A stretch of DNA of 64,000 bases, taken from contig JAFGWM010000032.1 in NCBI GenBank assembly GCA_016937155.1, forward strand, positions 107,422 through 171,421. Reading direction: 5' to 3'. This document shows, in pieces, positions 39,793 through 49,606 of the stretch (its first letter is position 1; each line of letters starts with the position of its first letter). The stretch comes from Deltaproteobacteria bacterium. GTDB lineage: Bacteria > Myxococcota_A > Polyangia > HGW-17. Under the pieces are notes generated by a model. It saw nothing but the letters and a program-made list of their open reading frames with translations. It searched no databases and was not told the origin of the DNA. The position numbers were made by a program, and so were the translations under genes.

Positions 39793-41886
39793 GTGGATAA
39801 TAAAATTACTGTAATAATTGATGGAACAGAAATTCAGGCTGAGCCAGGATCCACCGTTCTTCAGGCAGCCAGAAGTGCCGGAATAAATATTCCAACTTTT
39901 TGTTATCTTGAAAGAATGGAGCCTTTTGCATCCTGTTTTATGTGCGTAGTAAGAATCAAAGGCGGAAGAGATAATCTGGTTCCTTCATGTTCAACTCCTG
40001 TTTTCAACGGAATGGAGGTTGAAACTCAGACGGAAGAAATATTAAATGCACGACGTGCTGCTCTGGAACTTATGCTTTCTGATCACACAGGTGATTGCTT
40101 TGCTCCATGTCATAGTGAGTGTCCCACGGGAGTTGATATTCCCGGGTTCATTAATGCTCTGCAAATAAAAGACAATGAAAAAGCCATTAGCATTATAAAA
40201 GAATCACTTCCCATACCGGGTTGTCTTGGTAGAGTTTGTCCCGCTCCATGTGAGTCTGCATGTAGAAGAACTCTGGTGGACGAAAGTGTTTCCATAATGT
40301 CCCTGAAGAGATATGCAGCTGATGAAGACATGAAGAAAGATGAAAAGCACAGATATTTTCCTGAGATGGCTTCACCAAGCGGGAAGAGTGTTGCAGTTGT
40401 TGGAGCCGGTCCTGCCGGGATAAGTGCTGCCTATTTCTCAAAAATACTTGGACACGAAGTTGATGTATTTGATTCTCATGCAGCTCCTGGTGGTATGATC
40501 AGATACGGAATTCCATCATACAGATTACCCAGAAATGTAATTGATTCCGAAGTTGATGTTCTTGTTAGAATGGGTATTAACTTCAACTATGGAAAAACAA
40601 TGGGCTCAAACTTCACTCTTGATGAGCTCCGTGAAAAATATGATGCAGTATTTCTTGGTCTTGGAGCTCAGGATGCTTCTCCAATGAGGGTTGACGGTGA
40701 AGATGCTGAAGGAGTGTTCAGTGCAATTAAGTTTCTTGAAGAAGTTTCAGCTGGAACCAGAACCGGAATCGGAAAAAAAGTAATGATTGTGGGTGGTGGT
40801 AACAGTGCTATTGACGCTGCCAGAACGGCTGTAAGACTTGATGCAGAAGAATCAGTAATATATTATCGCCGTACACGTGAGGAAATGCCGGCTTTTGATT
40901 TTGAAATCGATGAAGCTATTGATGACGGGGTCAAAATGGAATTTCTTAGTGCTCCTGTTAAAATTCAGCGCCAGGGTGAAAAACTTGCTGTCAGTTGTAT
41001 CAGGATGGAACTGGGTGAACCGGATTCAAGTGGACGAAGACGACCTGTACCCGTTGAAGGTTCAGAACATACAGTTTTTGTCGATGCTGTAATAGCTGCT
41101 ATTGGTCAAAAAGTTGCCCGAAAAGGAATAGAAGGAACTGAACTGGAGCTTTCAAAATGGGGTACTATTGAGGTTGATAATAATACCCTCATGACAAGTA
41201 TTCCTGGTGTATTCTCTGGTGGTGACAGTGTTCTTGGTCCAGACATTGCTGTTCGAGCAAGTGGAATGGGAAAACTTGCTGCTGTTTCTATGAATCAATA
41301 TCTTAATAATCTCCCTGTTACAGGCAGCAAAAAGCTTTTCAAGGTTGTAATGGGTGGTCTGGAAGATATCCAAAAGGCGGTATATGAAAGATTTGAAGAA
41401 TCTCCAAGGGCAAAGATGGCTCATATTGAGTCTTCTGTGGCTATAAAATCCTTTGATGAAGTCAGTCTTGGTTTTACAGCCCGTCAGGTTGAAGAAGAAA
41501 CAGCAAGATGTATGGAGTGTGGATGCCGCGCTGCAGACAGCTGTAAGCTTCGTGAATATTCAGAGGAGTTTTCGGTAAGAGATGACTATTTTGCTACTGA
41601 AACAAAAAGACCTGTCTATTATGATGACTCACATAAGGACATTATTCTGGAGTCAAATAAGTGTATTACCTGTGGAAACTGTGTGAGAATATGTGAAGAA
41701 GATCGTAAGTGTTATGCTCTGGCATTTGAAAAGCGTGGTTTTCAGACAGTTATTCGTCCTCCTCTTCAGAAAAAACTATCTGAAACTTCATGTGATGGCT
41801 GTGGAAAATGTGTTGATGACTGCCCAACAGGCGCTCTCAGTTATAAAACAGCACCTGTCTGGACTGAAGTTATTAGAAAAATCTAA
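39793..41886 (+). CDS. HydA/NuoG-like N-terminal Fe-S domains fused with a GltD/NfnB-like FAD/NADP(H) oxidoreductase domain
   Basis: [2Fe-2S] PTFCY..SCFMCVV..SC; DHTGDC; APCHSECP; GRVCPAPCESAC; VGAGPAG; VGGGNSAIDAAR; YRR; RCMECGC; two ferredoxin motifs. No H-cluster or molybdopterin domain. Confidence 0.88.
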   Translation: MDNKITVIIDGTEIQAEPGSTVLQAARSAGINIPTFCYLERMEPFASCFMCVVRIKGGRDNLVPSCSTPVFNGMEVETQTEEILNARRAALELMLSDHTGDCFAPCHSECPTGVDIPGFINALQIKDNEKAISIIKESLPIPGCLGRVCPAPCESACRRTLVDESVSIMSLKRYAADEDMKKDEKHRYFPEMASPSGKSVAVVGAGPAGISAAYFSKILGHEVDVFDSHAAPGGMIRYGIPSYRLPRNVIDSEVDVLVRMGINFNYGKTMGSNFTLDELREKYDAVFLGLGAQDASPMRVDGEDAEGVFSAIKFLEEVSAGTRTGIGKKVMIVGGGNSAIDAARTAVRLDAEESVIYYRRTREEMPAFDFEIDEAIDDGVKMEFLSAPVKIQRQGEKLAVSCIRMELGEPDSSGRRRPVPVEGSEHTVFVDAVIAAIGQKVARKGIEGTELELSKWGTIEVDNNTLMTSIPGVFSGGDSVLGPDIAVRASGMGKLAAVSMNQYLNNLPVTGSKKLFKVVMGGLEDIQKAVYERFEESPRAKMAHIESSVAIKSFDEVSLGFTARQVEEETARCMECGCRAADSCKLREYSEEFSVRDDYFATETKRPVYYDDSHKDIILESNKCITCGNCVRICEEDRKCYALAFEKRGFQTVIRPPLQKKLSETSCDGCGKCVDDCPTGALSYKTAPVWTEVIRKI

Positions 41887-42021
41887 ATATAATTAGAAAA
41901 ATTTAGGTTATTTACTCACCCTTATTCTGTTTTAATAAAAAATTTAGGAACCGGTTTTAGTTAAAACCTTGTAATTTTTTTTTCAGGTTATAACTAGAAA
42001 CCGTTATATTTTACGGGAAGG

Positions 42022-42864
42022 ATGGAAAACAAAGTGAGTATTTTTCTTCAGACTGCAATGGGGCCTATTTTTCCATATCTGAAAGCTGGTCCCTGGAAAT
42101 TTGGACCATTCGTGATTCATATGTTTGGTCTTCTGGTTGGTATTGCAATTTTAGTGGGTGTATTTATGACCAACCGGAGGGGATTTCAGAAAAATTTGAA
42201 TCCTCTTTATACTTCAGAAATGGTAATAGCCGGAATTATCGGGCTGTTTGTTGTATCTCATATATTTGCAATTGTTTTTTATTATCCGGAGCGGATTCTA
42301 AAAGAACCTCTTGTATTGTTTAAACTATGGGATGGAATGGCCAGCTTTGGTGGTCTGATAGGTCTTTTTCTGGGAATTTTTCTTTATTTAAGATATCGAA
42401 AACAGCCATTTTGGCCTTATGCGGATACAATTTTATGGGGCGGGATACATGCATGGGTGTTTGGACGCATGGGATGCAGTTTTGCTCATGATCACCCTGG
42501 AACTTTCACCTCCAGCTGGTTTAGTGTAAGGTGGCCTGTAAATCATCCTGATCAGATATTTAATCCCGATATGCTTCCTGGTCGGCATGATCTTGGTTTA
42601 TATGAATTTTTCTATACATTTATTATTCTGGGAGTTTTATATCTTACTGCACGCAAAAACGATCCTTTCCCCGGCTTTACATCCAGTATCATTTTTATGC
42701 TTTATGGTCCTGTTAGGTTTATGATGGATTTTGTCAGAACTACTGATCTTACATTTTTTTACTTAACAGCCGGTCAGTATGTTGCAATAATGATATCTGT
42801 TTTTGGTGTTTTTCTTTTTTTCAGAAACCGGAAAATTCATATCAACGGAGGCGTTGTTGGATGA
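42022..42864 (+). CDS. lgt: Prolipoprotein diacylglyceryl transferase
   Basis: WDGMASFGGLIG, FGRMGCSFAHDHPG, HDLGLYE, YGPVRFMMDFVR and LTAGQY. Confidence 0.9.
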   Translation: MENKVSIFLQTAMGPIFPYLKAGPWKFGPFVIHMFGLLVGIAILVGVFMTNRRGFQKNLNPLYTSEMVIAGIIGLFVVSHIFAIVFYYPERILKEPLVLFKLWDGMASFGGLIGLFLGIFLYLRYRKQPFWPYADTILWGGIHAWVFGRMGCSFAHDHPGTFTSSWFSVRWPVNHPDQIFNPDMLPGRHDLGLYEFFYTFIILGVLYLTARKNDPFPGFTSSIIFMLYGPVRFMMDFVRTTDLTFFYLTAGQYVAIMISVFGVFLFFRNRKIHINGGVVG

Positions 42865-43742
42865 AAAAGAAATCTGTCATAATTTTTATTTCTTTGATTT
42901 TTCTTTCCTGTGGGAAATCAGATAAACCTTCAGATAAAAAACTAGTGATTCCTGATAATCTTCCTGAAGGTGATAAAAAACCGAAAAAGGTTAATCTGAA
43001 AAGTTCAAAAGCAGGACAAAGACTTTTACCAAGACTAAAATTAAAAAAGGCTGAACTGGCTCTTTCAAAGGGTCAGTATTCAGAGGCACTGGGTTTATAT
43101 GATGAACTTTTGAAGTTATCAAGTCTTGGTGCTGAAAGCAGATCCCAGCTGTTTGCAGGAAGAGCTGAAGCTCTTTTTTACCTTAAAAAGTATGAGGATT
43201 CCATTGCTGCCTGGGAGAAGGTGCTTGCAATACGTAAAGATGATCCTTTTCCTCTTCATAATATCGCACTGGTATACAGAGAAGCTGGAAAATTAAAAAA
43301 AGCTGTCAGATTTCTTGAGGACTGTCTGAAGAAAGATCCTATGATGATAATTGCCAGAATTGATCTTATTGATATTTTAAAATCCACAGGTGCTGACCAG
43401 AAAGAACTGATAAATCAAGTGCAGCTTCTTGATAAAGCACGGGAAAATATTAATTCATTACTTAAAAAATCCAAGGATTCAGCGGAAATAGTAAAATATT
43501 TAAATATTCTTCAGGAAATTCCTGGTGAAAGAGTTGAACTGTCTATTTTAAAGAGACTTATGGATAGCAAATCCAGTTTTGTGAGGGAAAAAACAGCTTA
43601 TCATATTATGAATCATCAGGATGGGAAGAATTTGCTTTCCGGATATATTGAGAAAGAAAAAGACGAAAAATTAAAGAAAAAATTTGAGAAAATACTGAAA
43701 GAAACCGCTTCTGATAAAAAAAATCCTGCAGTGAAAAAATAA
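42861..43742 (+). CDS. TPR-repeat lipoprotein
   Basis: Lipobox IFLS-C; TPR-like helices (AEALFYLKKYEDSIAAWEKVLAIRKDD; NIALVYREAGKLKKAVRFLEDCLKKDP). Confidence 0.8.
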   Translation: MKKKSVIIFISLIFLSCGKSDKPSDKKLVIPDNLPEGDKKPKKVNLKSSKAGQRLLPRLKLKKAELALSKGQYSEALGLYDELLKLSSLGAESRSQLFAGRAEALFYLKKYEDSIAAWEKVLAIRKDDPFPLHNIALVYREAGKLKKAVRFLEDCLKKDPMMIIARIDLIDILKSTGADQKELINQVQLLDKARENINSLLKKSKDSAEIVKYLNILQEIPGERVELSILKRLMDSKSSFVREKTAYHIMNHQDGKNLLSGYIEKEKDEKLKKKFEKILKETASDKKNPAVKK

Positions 43743-43754
43743 CGGGACGGATTA

Positions 43755-44483
43755 ATGGAACCAAAATCCAGCGAAAGGGATAAAAATCCACTAATTTTAA
43801 AAACACATGAAATCTCAAAAGTTTTTGGCAAAGTTCAAGCTTTACATCAGTGCTCTTTTAAAATTTATTCCGGAGAAATTACCGGCCTTATTGGAGAAAA
43901 CGGCGCGGGCAAAACAACATGTCTGAGAATTATTTCCGGAACTCTCATTCCTACATCCGGAAATGTTCAGTTTGGAAACAGTTTAATGTATCCAGAGCCT
44001 CGCCATCAGAGGGAAAAAATTGGCTATCTTCCAGAAGGAAATCCTTTGCCTCAGGATCTGAGGGTTACTGAATATTTAAAATTTCAAAAATCCATGAAGT
44101 CATTATCCTCATCAGATCTCGAAGAAGTTATCCATTTGATGGAACTGGGAAATGTACTTAAAAAATTTATTGGAGATCTTTCCACTGGTTTCAGACAGCG
44201 TGTGGGTCTTGGTTGTGCATTTATGGGCTGGCCACGATTGATAATTCTTGATGAGCCATCAAGAGGGCTGGATCCTATTCAAAGGGAAGGTTTGAGAAAA
44301 ATAATTAAAACAGCCAGTGGAAGAAGTGCAGTTATTGTTTCAACCCATGGTCTTGATGAACTTGAAAGAATTACCAGCAGATTTATTTTTCTGAAAAATG
44401 GTCATCTGATTCATGACGGTGAAACCCCAGACGCAGAAATATCCCTTCTGGATTATTTTTTATCAATTAAGGGTAAGGAATAA
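43755..44483 (+). CDS. ABC transporter ATP-binding protein (GldA-like)
   Basis: GENGAGKT, IGYLPE, LSTGFRQRVG, IILDEP.RGLDP and STH. Confidence 0.93.
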   Translation: MEPKSSERDKNPLILKTHEISKVFGKVQALHQCSFKIYSGEITGLIGENGAGKTTCLRIISGTLIPTSGNVQFGNSLMYPEPRHQREKIGYLPEGNPLPQDLRVTEYLKFQKSMKSLSSSDLEEVIHLMELGNVLKKFIGDLSTGFRQRVGLGCAFMGWPRLIILDEPSRGLDPIQREGLRKIIKTASGRSAVIVSTHGLDELERITSRFIFLKNGHLIHDGETPDAEISLLDYFLSIKGKE

Positions 44484-44489
44484 CCGGAT

Positions 44490-46625
44490 ATGATATATTT
44501 AGTCAGGCTTTTTAAACATGAAGTTTCCCTGATATTTAAAAGTCCCGGATATTATTTTGTTGCAGCACTGTTTTTATTTTATCAGGGTATAATTTTTTCG
44601 CTTACGTTATCATTAAGGCATCACCCCCTTTCTCCTCCCGGACCTATGTTTGCTCCCTGGTTTGCAGGTCCATTCTGGTTCTGGCCATTGTTGATTCTGG
44701 TAGTTGTTGAATTATCACATAATTCCATATCCGGTGAGAGGCAGCAGGGAACAATGGATGTTCTTTTATCAACCGGTGCTTCCTCTGGCATGATTATTCT
44801 ATCAAAGTATCTTGCTCTGCTTACAGCGTTTATTTTTCTATGGATAACCACAGTTCCTCTTGTCATTCTTTTTCTTCTCTACCTGCCTCAGGATATCAAA
44901 ATAAGGATGTGGCCAGTTTATACAGGTTATCTTGGTTCAGTATGTATTGGAGGAACAGGTCTCGCCATAGGTATGCTTTTTTCTACAATAACCAAAGATA
45001 CCCGATTGAGTGCCATGTTCACCTTTATGGTACTTTTTTTACTTGTTTTAGTTAAAATAATAATTCATCCGGGTCTGGGTATTGTGGAGTCTTCTTTTCT
45101 GAGAGAAATTGCAAAATTTAATTTCCTTGATTTTATGGAAAATTTTGCAAGAGGAAAAATTGTAATAAACCATATTATAACTATCCTGATAATTATAGTT
45201 GGGTCTCTTGGTATAAGTTCCATTATTCTTGGAAAAAATCAGACAAGAAAAATAGGATATAAATTTGTCACATTAGGTCTGGTGGTTCTTCTTATTGCTG
45301 AGTCAGGTATTTTATATGGGAAAAATCAGAAATATTTCAATGAAAAATCTACTATTCATCCAGTTTTAAGACAAAGAATTTCACAACTTGACGATGAACT
45401 AAAAATATATATTTTTGCCAAGGGTCCTTCTTCAAGCCTTTATTTTCATCCAATTCCTTTTTTGGAATCAGCTCTGGAGAATATTTCTTCTCATTCAGGA
45501 AAAGTGATATGGGAACGTCCGGAAATTACATCTTCAAATAAAAAACTGTTCCATCTGGCCAGACTTTTTTCTCTTGATGTAAACAGGATAAGAAATGATG
45601 CAACAGCCCTTTCAGAAGGTGTAATGGTTGTAGCTTATGGTGATGATTTCAGGAATATTAAACTTTCTTCAATTTTTACAGCTGATGTAAGGGATGGAAG
45701 AATCAGTTTTTCTGGTATGAGACTTGAAGCTGAACTTTCAAGTGCAATATCAACTCTAATAAGTCCTTCAAAAAAAAGAATCTGTTTTTCAACAGGACAT
45801 GAGGAAAAATCTATTCTTGACAGTTCTCCTTCAGGTTTTTCCAGAATCAGCATATTTTTAAAAAGGGTTGGCTATAGTGTTGAAGCTTTGCCTCCTGTTA
45901 TAAAGCCACCTGACTCCAGATGTGCACTTCTGATTATCAGTGCTCCGGAAAAAGATTTTCTGCCATCTGAAATTGAAAATCTTAATAAATGGATTATATC
46001 CGGTGGGCAAACCATCGTAATGACTGCTCCCCAGACTGTAAAACTAAAAAATTTCTGGAGATGGCTCAATTCTGCTGGAGTTACAGTATCAGGATATTTT
46101 GTAGGGGATAAAAAATTCAGTGTGGGAAAAAGTCAGGGAACAGTATGGGCAGGTAAACCTGATGTTTCCACAGGTTTATCATCAGGAAGACTTATTTTGC
46201 AGACACCTCTACAGATTGTATGTGAAAATAACTGTGAATCCCTGATTGAAACTTCGTCTGCGGGGTATTTATACAAGCTTGATTCTAGTAAATATGAAAC
46301 TGCAAAAGGTGTTTTTACAACAGCAGTTGTGAAAAAGTTTTCAGAATCCAGACTTACAGTACTTGGTTTTTACACTCCCTGGACAAATAATTTTATTTCA
46401 GTTACAGGTGAATCAAGAGATAATTCACTGGATTTTTTAGAAGGAATTATTAAACGAAGTTTCAATGAGGAACGGGAAAATATTTCTTCAACTAAAATAG
46501 TTCACCATCACCTGACTCTCAGGGCATCAGAGATTTCTTCAATTCAATACTTTGCGCTTTTAATCAATCCTTTACTGATGCTGTTTTTCGGGATCTGGAT
46601 TGTTTTGAGGAGACGACGATTTTGA
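44490..46625 (+). CDS. ABC-2 permease fused to a GldG-like auxiliary domain (GldF-GldG fusion)
   Basis: ERQQGTMDVLL and ILSKY permease motifs, followed by ICFSTGHEE (GldG-type) and a C-terminal TM ending WIVLRRRR. Confidence 0.82.
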   Translation: MIYLVRLFKHEVSLIFKSPGYYFVAALFLFYQGIIFSLTLSLRHHPLSPPGPMFAPWFAGPFWFWPLLILVVVELSHNSISGERQQGTMDVLLSTGASSGMIILSKYLALLTAFIFLWITTVPLVILFLLYLPQDIKIRMWPVYTGYLGSVCIGGTGLAIGMLFSTITKDTRLSAMFTFMVLFLLVLVKIIIHPGLGIVESSFLREIAKFNFLDFMENFARGKIVINHIITILIIIVGSLGISSIILGKNQTRKIGYKFVTLGLVVLLIAESGILYGKNQKYFNEKSTIHPVLRQRISQLDDELKIYIFAKGPSSSLYFHPIPFLESALENISSHSGKVIWERPEITSSNKKLFHLARLFSLDVNRIRNDATALSEGVMVVAYGDDFRNIKLSSIFTADVRDGRISFSGMRLEAELSSAISTLISPSKKRICFSTGHEEKSILDSSPSGFSRISIFLKRVGYSVEALPPVIKPPDSRCALLIISAPEKDFLPSEIENLNKWIISGGQTIVMTAPQTVKLKNFWRWLNSAGVTVSGYFVGDKKFSVGKSQGTVWAGKPDVSTGLSSGRLILQTPLQIVCENNCESLIETSSAGYLYKLDSSKYETAKGVFTTAVVKKFSESRLTVLGFYTPWTNNFISVTGESRDNSLDFLEGIIKRSFNEERENISSTKIVHHHLTLRASEISSIQYFALLINPLLMLFFGIWIVLRRRRF

Positions 46626-48691
46626 AAAAGGAAAATCAGTTAAAATTAAGTTCAACCCTGATATCTCCTCAGGAGAAACTGGTAAGTCCGGTAAGAATAA
46701 TTCTCGCTGCTGCAGTGTTTGTGATAACTCTGATTATTATTTTTTCGGGATCTGAACAAAAATCTACGGGAATAAAAATTTTTTCGGGAATTGAAAAAAT
46801 AAATGCTCTGGAATTTCAAAGTGATAATAAAAAATATAAAATCATCAAAAGAAAAAATTTACACTGGGTTGTAAGTAATTGGAAATCATATGATGTTGAA
46901 GCACTCGATGAACATATTGTTGAGTATTTTTTAAAACTTTCCAGATTAAAGGGACATTTGCATTCAGGTAGCAGTGGAAAAAAATGTTTCACTCTAAAAT
47001 TTTTCATCAAAAATCTATCGAAAAATGTTGATTTTTCGCAAGAAAACAGGGACCTCATTATTTCAACAGAAGGTAAAAATTTTATAATAAAAAATCACGA
47101 TTGTATGTCTTATTTATTAAAGGTTGAAAATATTGCGGATAAATCTGTTTTGAAAAATGCGGGTATAATAAAAAAACTGGTTTTGAATGTTGCTACTGCA
47201 GCTGGAAACAGAAATTATAGCGTATACAGAAAAAGTAATCTCTGGACAATTGGTGAAAAAAAAACAATACCGGTAAAAACAGAATTTATTGAAAAATACA
47301 TAAAAAATCTAAAGAATATTTCCTTCACTGAATTTCTTGATGAAAAAAAAATCAGGACAAAAAAGATTCTTTCCTTTGAAACAGAGAACAATATGAACTG
47401 GGAACTATTCGAGGGCAATAGCAAGAGTTGTCAGGTGGGAGAGATGATTCTCTCATTATCTGTAAATTCCAGTGATAAAGGTTCAGGATGTGTTTCTAAA
47501 ACTATTTTCAATTCAATAAAGGTGGATCTTCCTTCAATTATGGAAGATGCTCTTATTCCTGGTGGTACAAAAAACCAATGGAAAAAACTTGTTTTTTCAA
47601 GAGGTAACAGCAGTTATACTCTTACTGAGAAGGACAGAAAGTGGGATCTCAGAGCAGGTGGTAAGATTTACCCAGGAGACTTCATTTCAATAGAAGAATG
47701 GCTTGCCAGACTGAAAAAAATCAGAATTATAGCACCTGAAAAACCGTTATCATGTGAACCTTCATGGAATATTCTGCTAAACGGAACCAAATATGACTGG
47801 AAACTTGAAGGTTGTTCTGATGAAAGCGGATTTTATATAGTGCGAAACAGTGAATATGAAAGTGTGAAGGTTAATATCAGAGAGAAATTTCTTTTTGAAT
47901 TTTTATGGAATCATTTTGTTTCAAGGGATCTTCTTGATGACTCTCCTCTCGCCAGTGTTGAAAGAAAATTTAAAATAAAGAAGGAAAAATATATACTTAC
48001 AGAAAGAGGAAAGATTTCAATAGAGTCTCCTCTGGATGTTCCTTTTGAAAAAGAAAAACTCACCGAAAAAATAAGCAGACTGAAAAATTTAAGGGCTGAA
48101 GGTTTTTTGGATAAAAAACCAGTAGAAGAACTATCCAGTGATTATATTCTAATTCTTAAGTATCATTCTGGAAAAAAACTTAAGATAGAGTTTTTTAATA
48201 AAGGATTGTATTGTTTTATAAATAAAAAATGGTTCAAAATGAAGGGAGAGGACAAATTCTGGATATATACTCCATGGTGTTCTGAAAAAATTATTCCATG
48301 GAAAGTCAGTGAAACAGTAAAACTGATATTTTCTAAAAACAATAAAATAACAGAAAGTTATCAAAATACTGGAACTCACTGGATTCATGTATCATCGGGA
48401 AAAACTAAAATCATTACTTCAGATGCTATGGATATCAATCTTAAAAGGCTTTCAGGAATGTTTACATCATTAATGGTTGAAAAATATACAGGTAAATTCA
48501 GTGGTGAATATGCGCTGGATCTTTTTTCTCCATCGGGGCTTCATTTTAAAATTTATCTTAATTCTGATTCTTCAGGTCGCATAGATTTACAGAACCCAAC
48601 ATATGGAATAAAATACTCTTTTAAAGTAACAGAAAGAAATAAAAATTTTATTACTGAAAAATTATTACCCCAATCAGGGAAGATTCCCTGA
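46622..48691 (+). CDS. Periplasmic DUF4340-like repeat protein
   Basis: N-terminal TM; about four degenerate repeats with W and L..L...F segments; typical position after gldA/F/G-like genes. Confidence 0.6.
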   Translation: MKKENQLKLSSTLISPQEKLVSPVRIILAAAVFVITLIIIFSGSEQKSTGIKIFSGIEKINALEFQSDNKKYKIIKRKNLHWVVSNWKSYDVEALDEHIVEYFLKLSRLKGHLHSGSSGKKCFTLKFFIKNLSKNVDFSQENRDLIISTEGKNFIIKNHDCMSYLLKVENIADKSVLKNAGIIKKLVLNVATAAGNRNYSVYRKSNLWTIGEKKTIPVKTEFIEKYIKNLKNISFTEFLDEKKIRTKKILSFETENNMNWELFEGNSKSCQVGEMILSLSVNSSDKGSGCVSKTIFNSIKVDLPSIMEDALIPGGTKNQWKKLVFSRGNSSYTLTEKDRKWDLRAGGKIYPGDFISIEEWLARLKKIRIIAPEKPLSCEPSWNILLNGTKYDWKLEGCSDESGFYIVRNSEYESVKVNIREKFLFEFLWNHFVSRDLLDDSPLASVERKFKIKKEKYILTERGKISIESPLDVPFEKEKLTEKISRLKNLRAEGFLDKKPVEELSSDYILILKYHSGKKLKIEFFNKGLYCFINKKWFKMKGEDKFWIYTPWCSEKIIPWKVSETVKLIFSKNNKITESYQNTGTHWIHVSSGKTKIITSDAMDINLKRLSGMFTSLMVEKYTGKFSGEYALDLFSPSGLHFKIYLNSDSSGRIDLQNPTYGIKYSFKVTERNKNFITEKLLPQSGKIP

Positions 48692-49594
48692 AAAGAAAAG
48701 GTTTATTTCATCAGGATTTATTCCGGATGCATCTGGTATTTGAATTCCGAATTCCCTGAAAAATGTTCGTTGCTGTTTTACATATTTTATATGACTGTTT
48801 GCAATTTCATCTTCCAGTTTATCCCGGGATATTTTACCGCTTAAGAACATTAGAACCTGTTTGTAACCAACGCTTTGCATGGATCTCAGGTCTGGGGAAT
48901 ATCCCATATCAAGAAGTCCTTGAACTTCATCGACAAAACCTTCATTCAGCATTTCTTTAACTCGTTTGTGTATTCTTTTTTCAAGAACTTCTTTTCCTGG
49001 ATCCAGGACATATGTAAATGTTTTGCAATATGGTGGGGTTTTACGGTGCTTTTCATGATGCGTGCTTATGGGTATATTTGTCAGATAATATACCTCCAGA
49101 GCTCTGATAAGCCTCACATGATCATTCTGATTAAGTCGTTTAGCTGTATCGGGATCCACCTGAAACAGTGTCTGATGGAGATAACCAGGATTTTTGCTTT
49201 CGATGTTTTTTAGATCTTCTCTAAGATTTTGATCTGCTGAAGGACCATTAAAGAGTCCGTTTACGAGACTTTTTATGTACAGCCCTGTTCCACCACAGAT
49301 TACAACATTTTTTCCACGTTTTATAATATCATCAAATTGTTGACGGGCCATTTCGCTGTATCTGCCTCCGGAAAAGATTTCATCCGGTTGGGCTACGTCA
49401 ATCATATGATGAGGTACAGTCTGCTGTTCCTCTCTGGTGGGTTTTGCGCTACCAATATTTAAATATTTAAATATCTGGACGCTGTCTGCATTTATAATTT
49501 CACTGTTTGTCATTGTGGCAAGATCAATAGCCAGAGATGTTTTTCCGGATGCTGTGGGACCACACACAACGATGGCTTTTTTTTGTGACACCAT
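48674..49594 (-). CDS. miaA: tRNA dimethylallyltransferase
   Basis: GPTASGKT, NADSVQIFK..NIGSAKP, GGTGLY, RLIRALEV, VGYKQ and KQQRTFF. Confidence 0.97.
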   Translation of the reverse strand: MVSQKKAIVVCGPTASGKTSLAIDLATMTNSEIINADSVQIFKYLNIGSAKPTREEQQTVPHHMIDVAQPDEIFSGGRYSEMARQQFDDIIKRGKNVVICGGTGLYIKSLVNGLFNGPSADQNLREDLKNIESKNPGYLHQTLFQVDPDTAKRLNQNDHVRLIRALEVYYLTNIPISTHHEKHRKTPPYCKTFTYVLDPGKEVLEKRIHKRVKEMLNEGFVDEVQGLLDMGYSPDLRSMQSVGYKQVLMFLSGKISRDKLEDEIANSHIKYVKQQRTFFREFGIQIPDASGINPDEINLFFSGNLP

Positions 49595-49606
49595 TTCCTC
49601 TTAGGG

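Noticed and set aside
39793..41886. Calling this an [FeFe]-hydrogenase, a formate dehydrogenase alpha subunit or GltD
   Set aside because: No H-cluster motifs, no molybdopterin domain and no adjacent gltB; the ORF ends after the ferredoxin domain.
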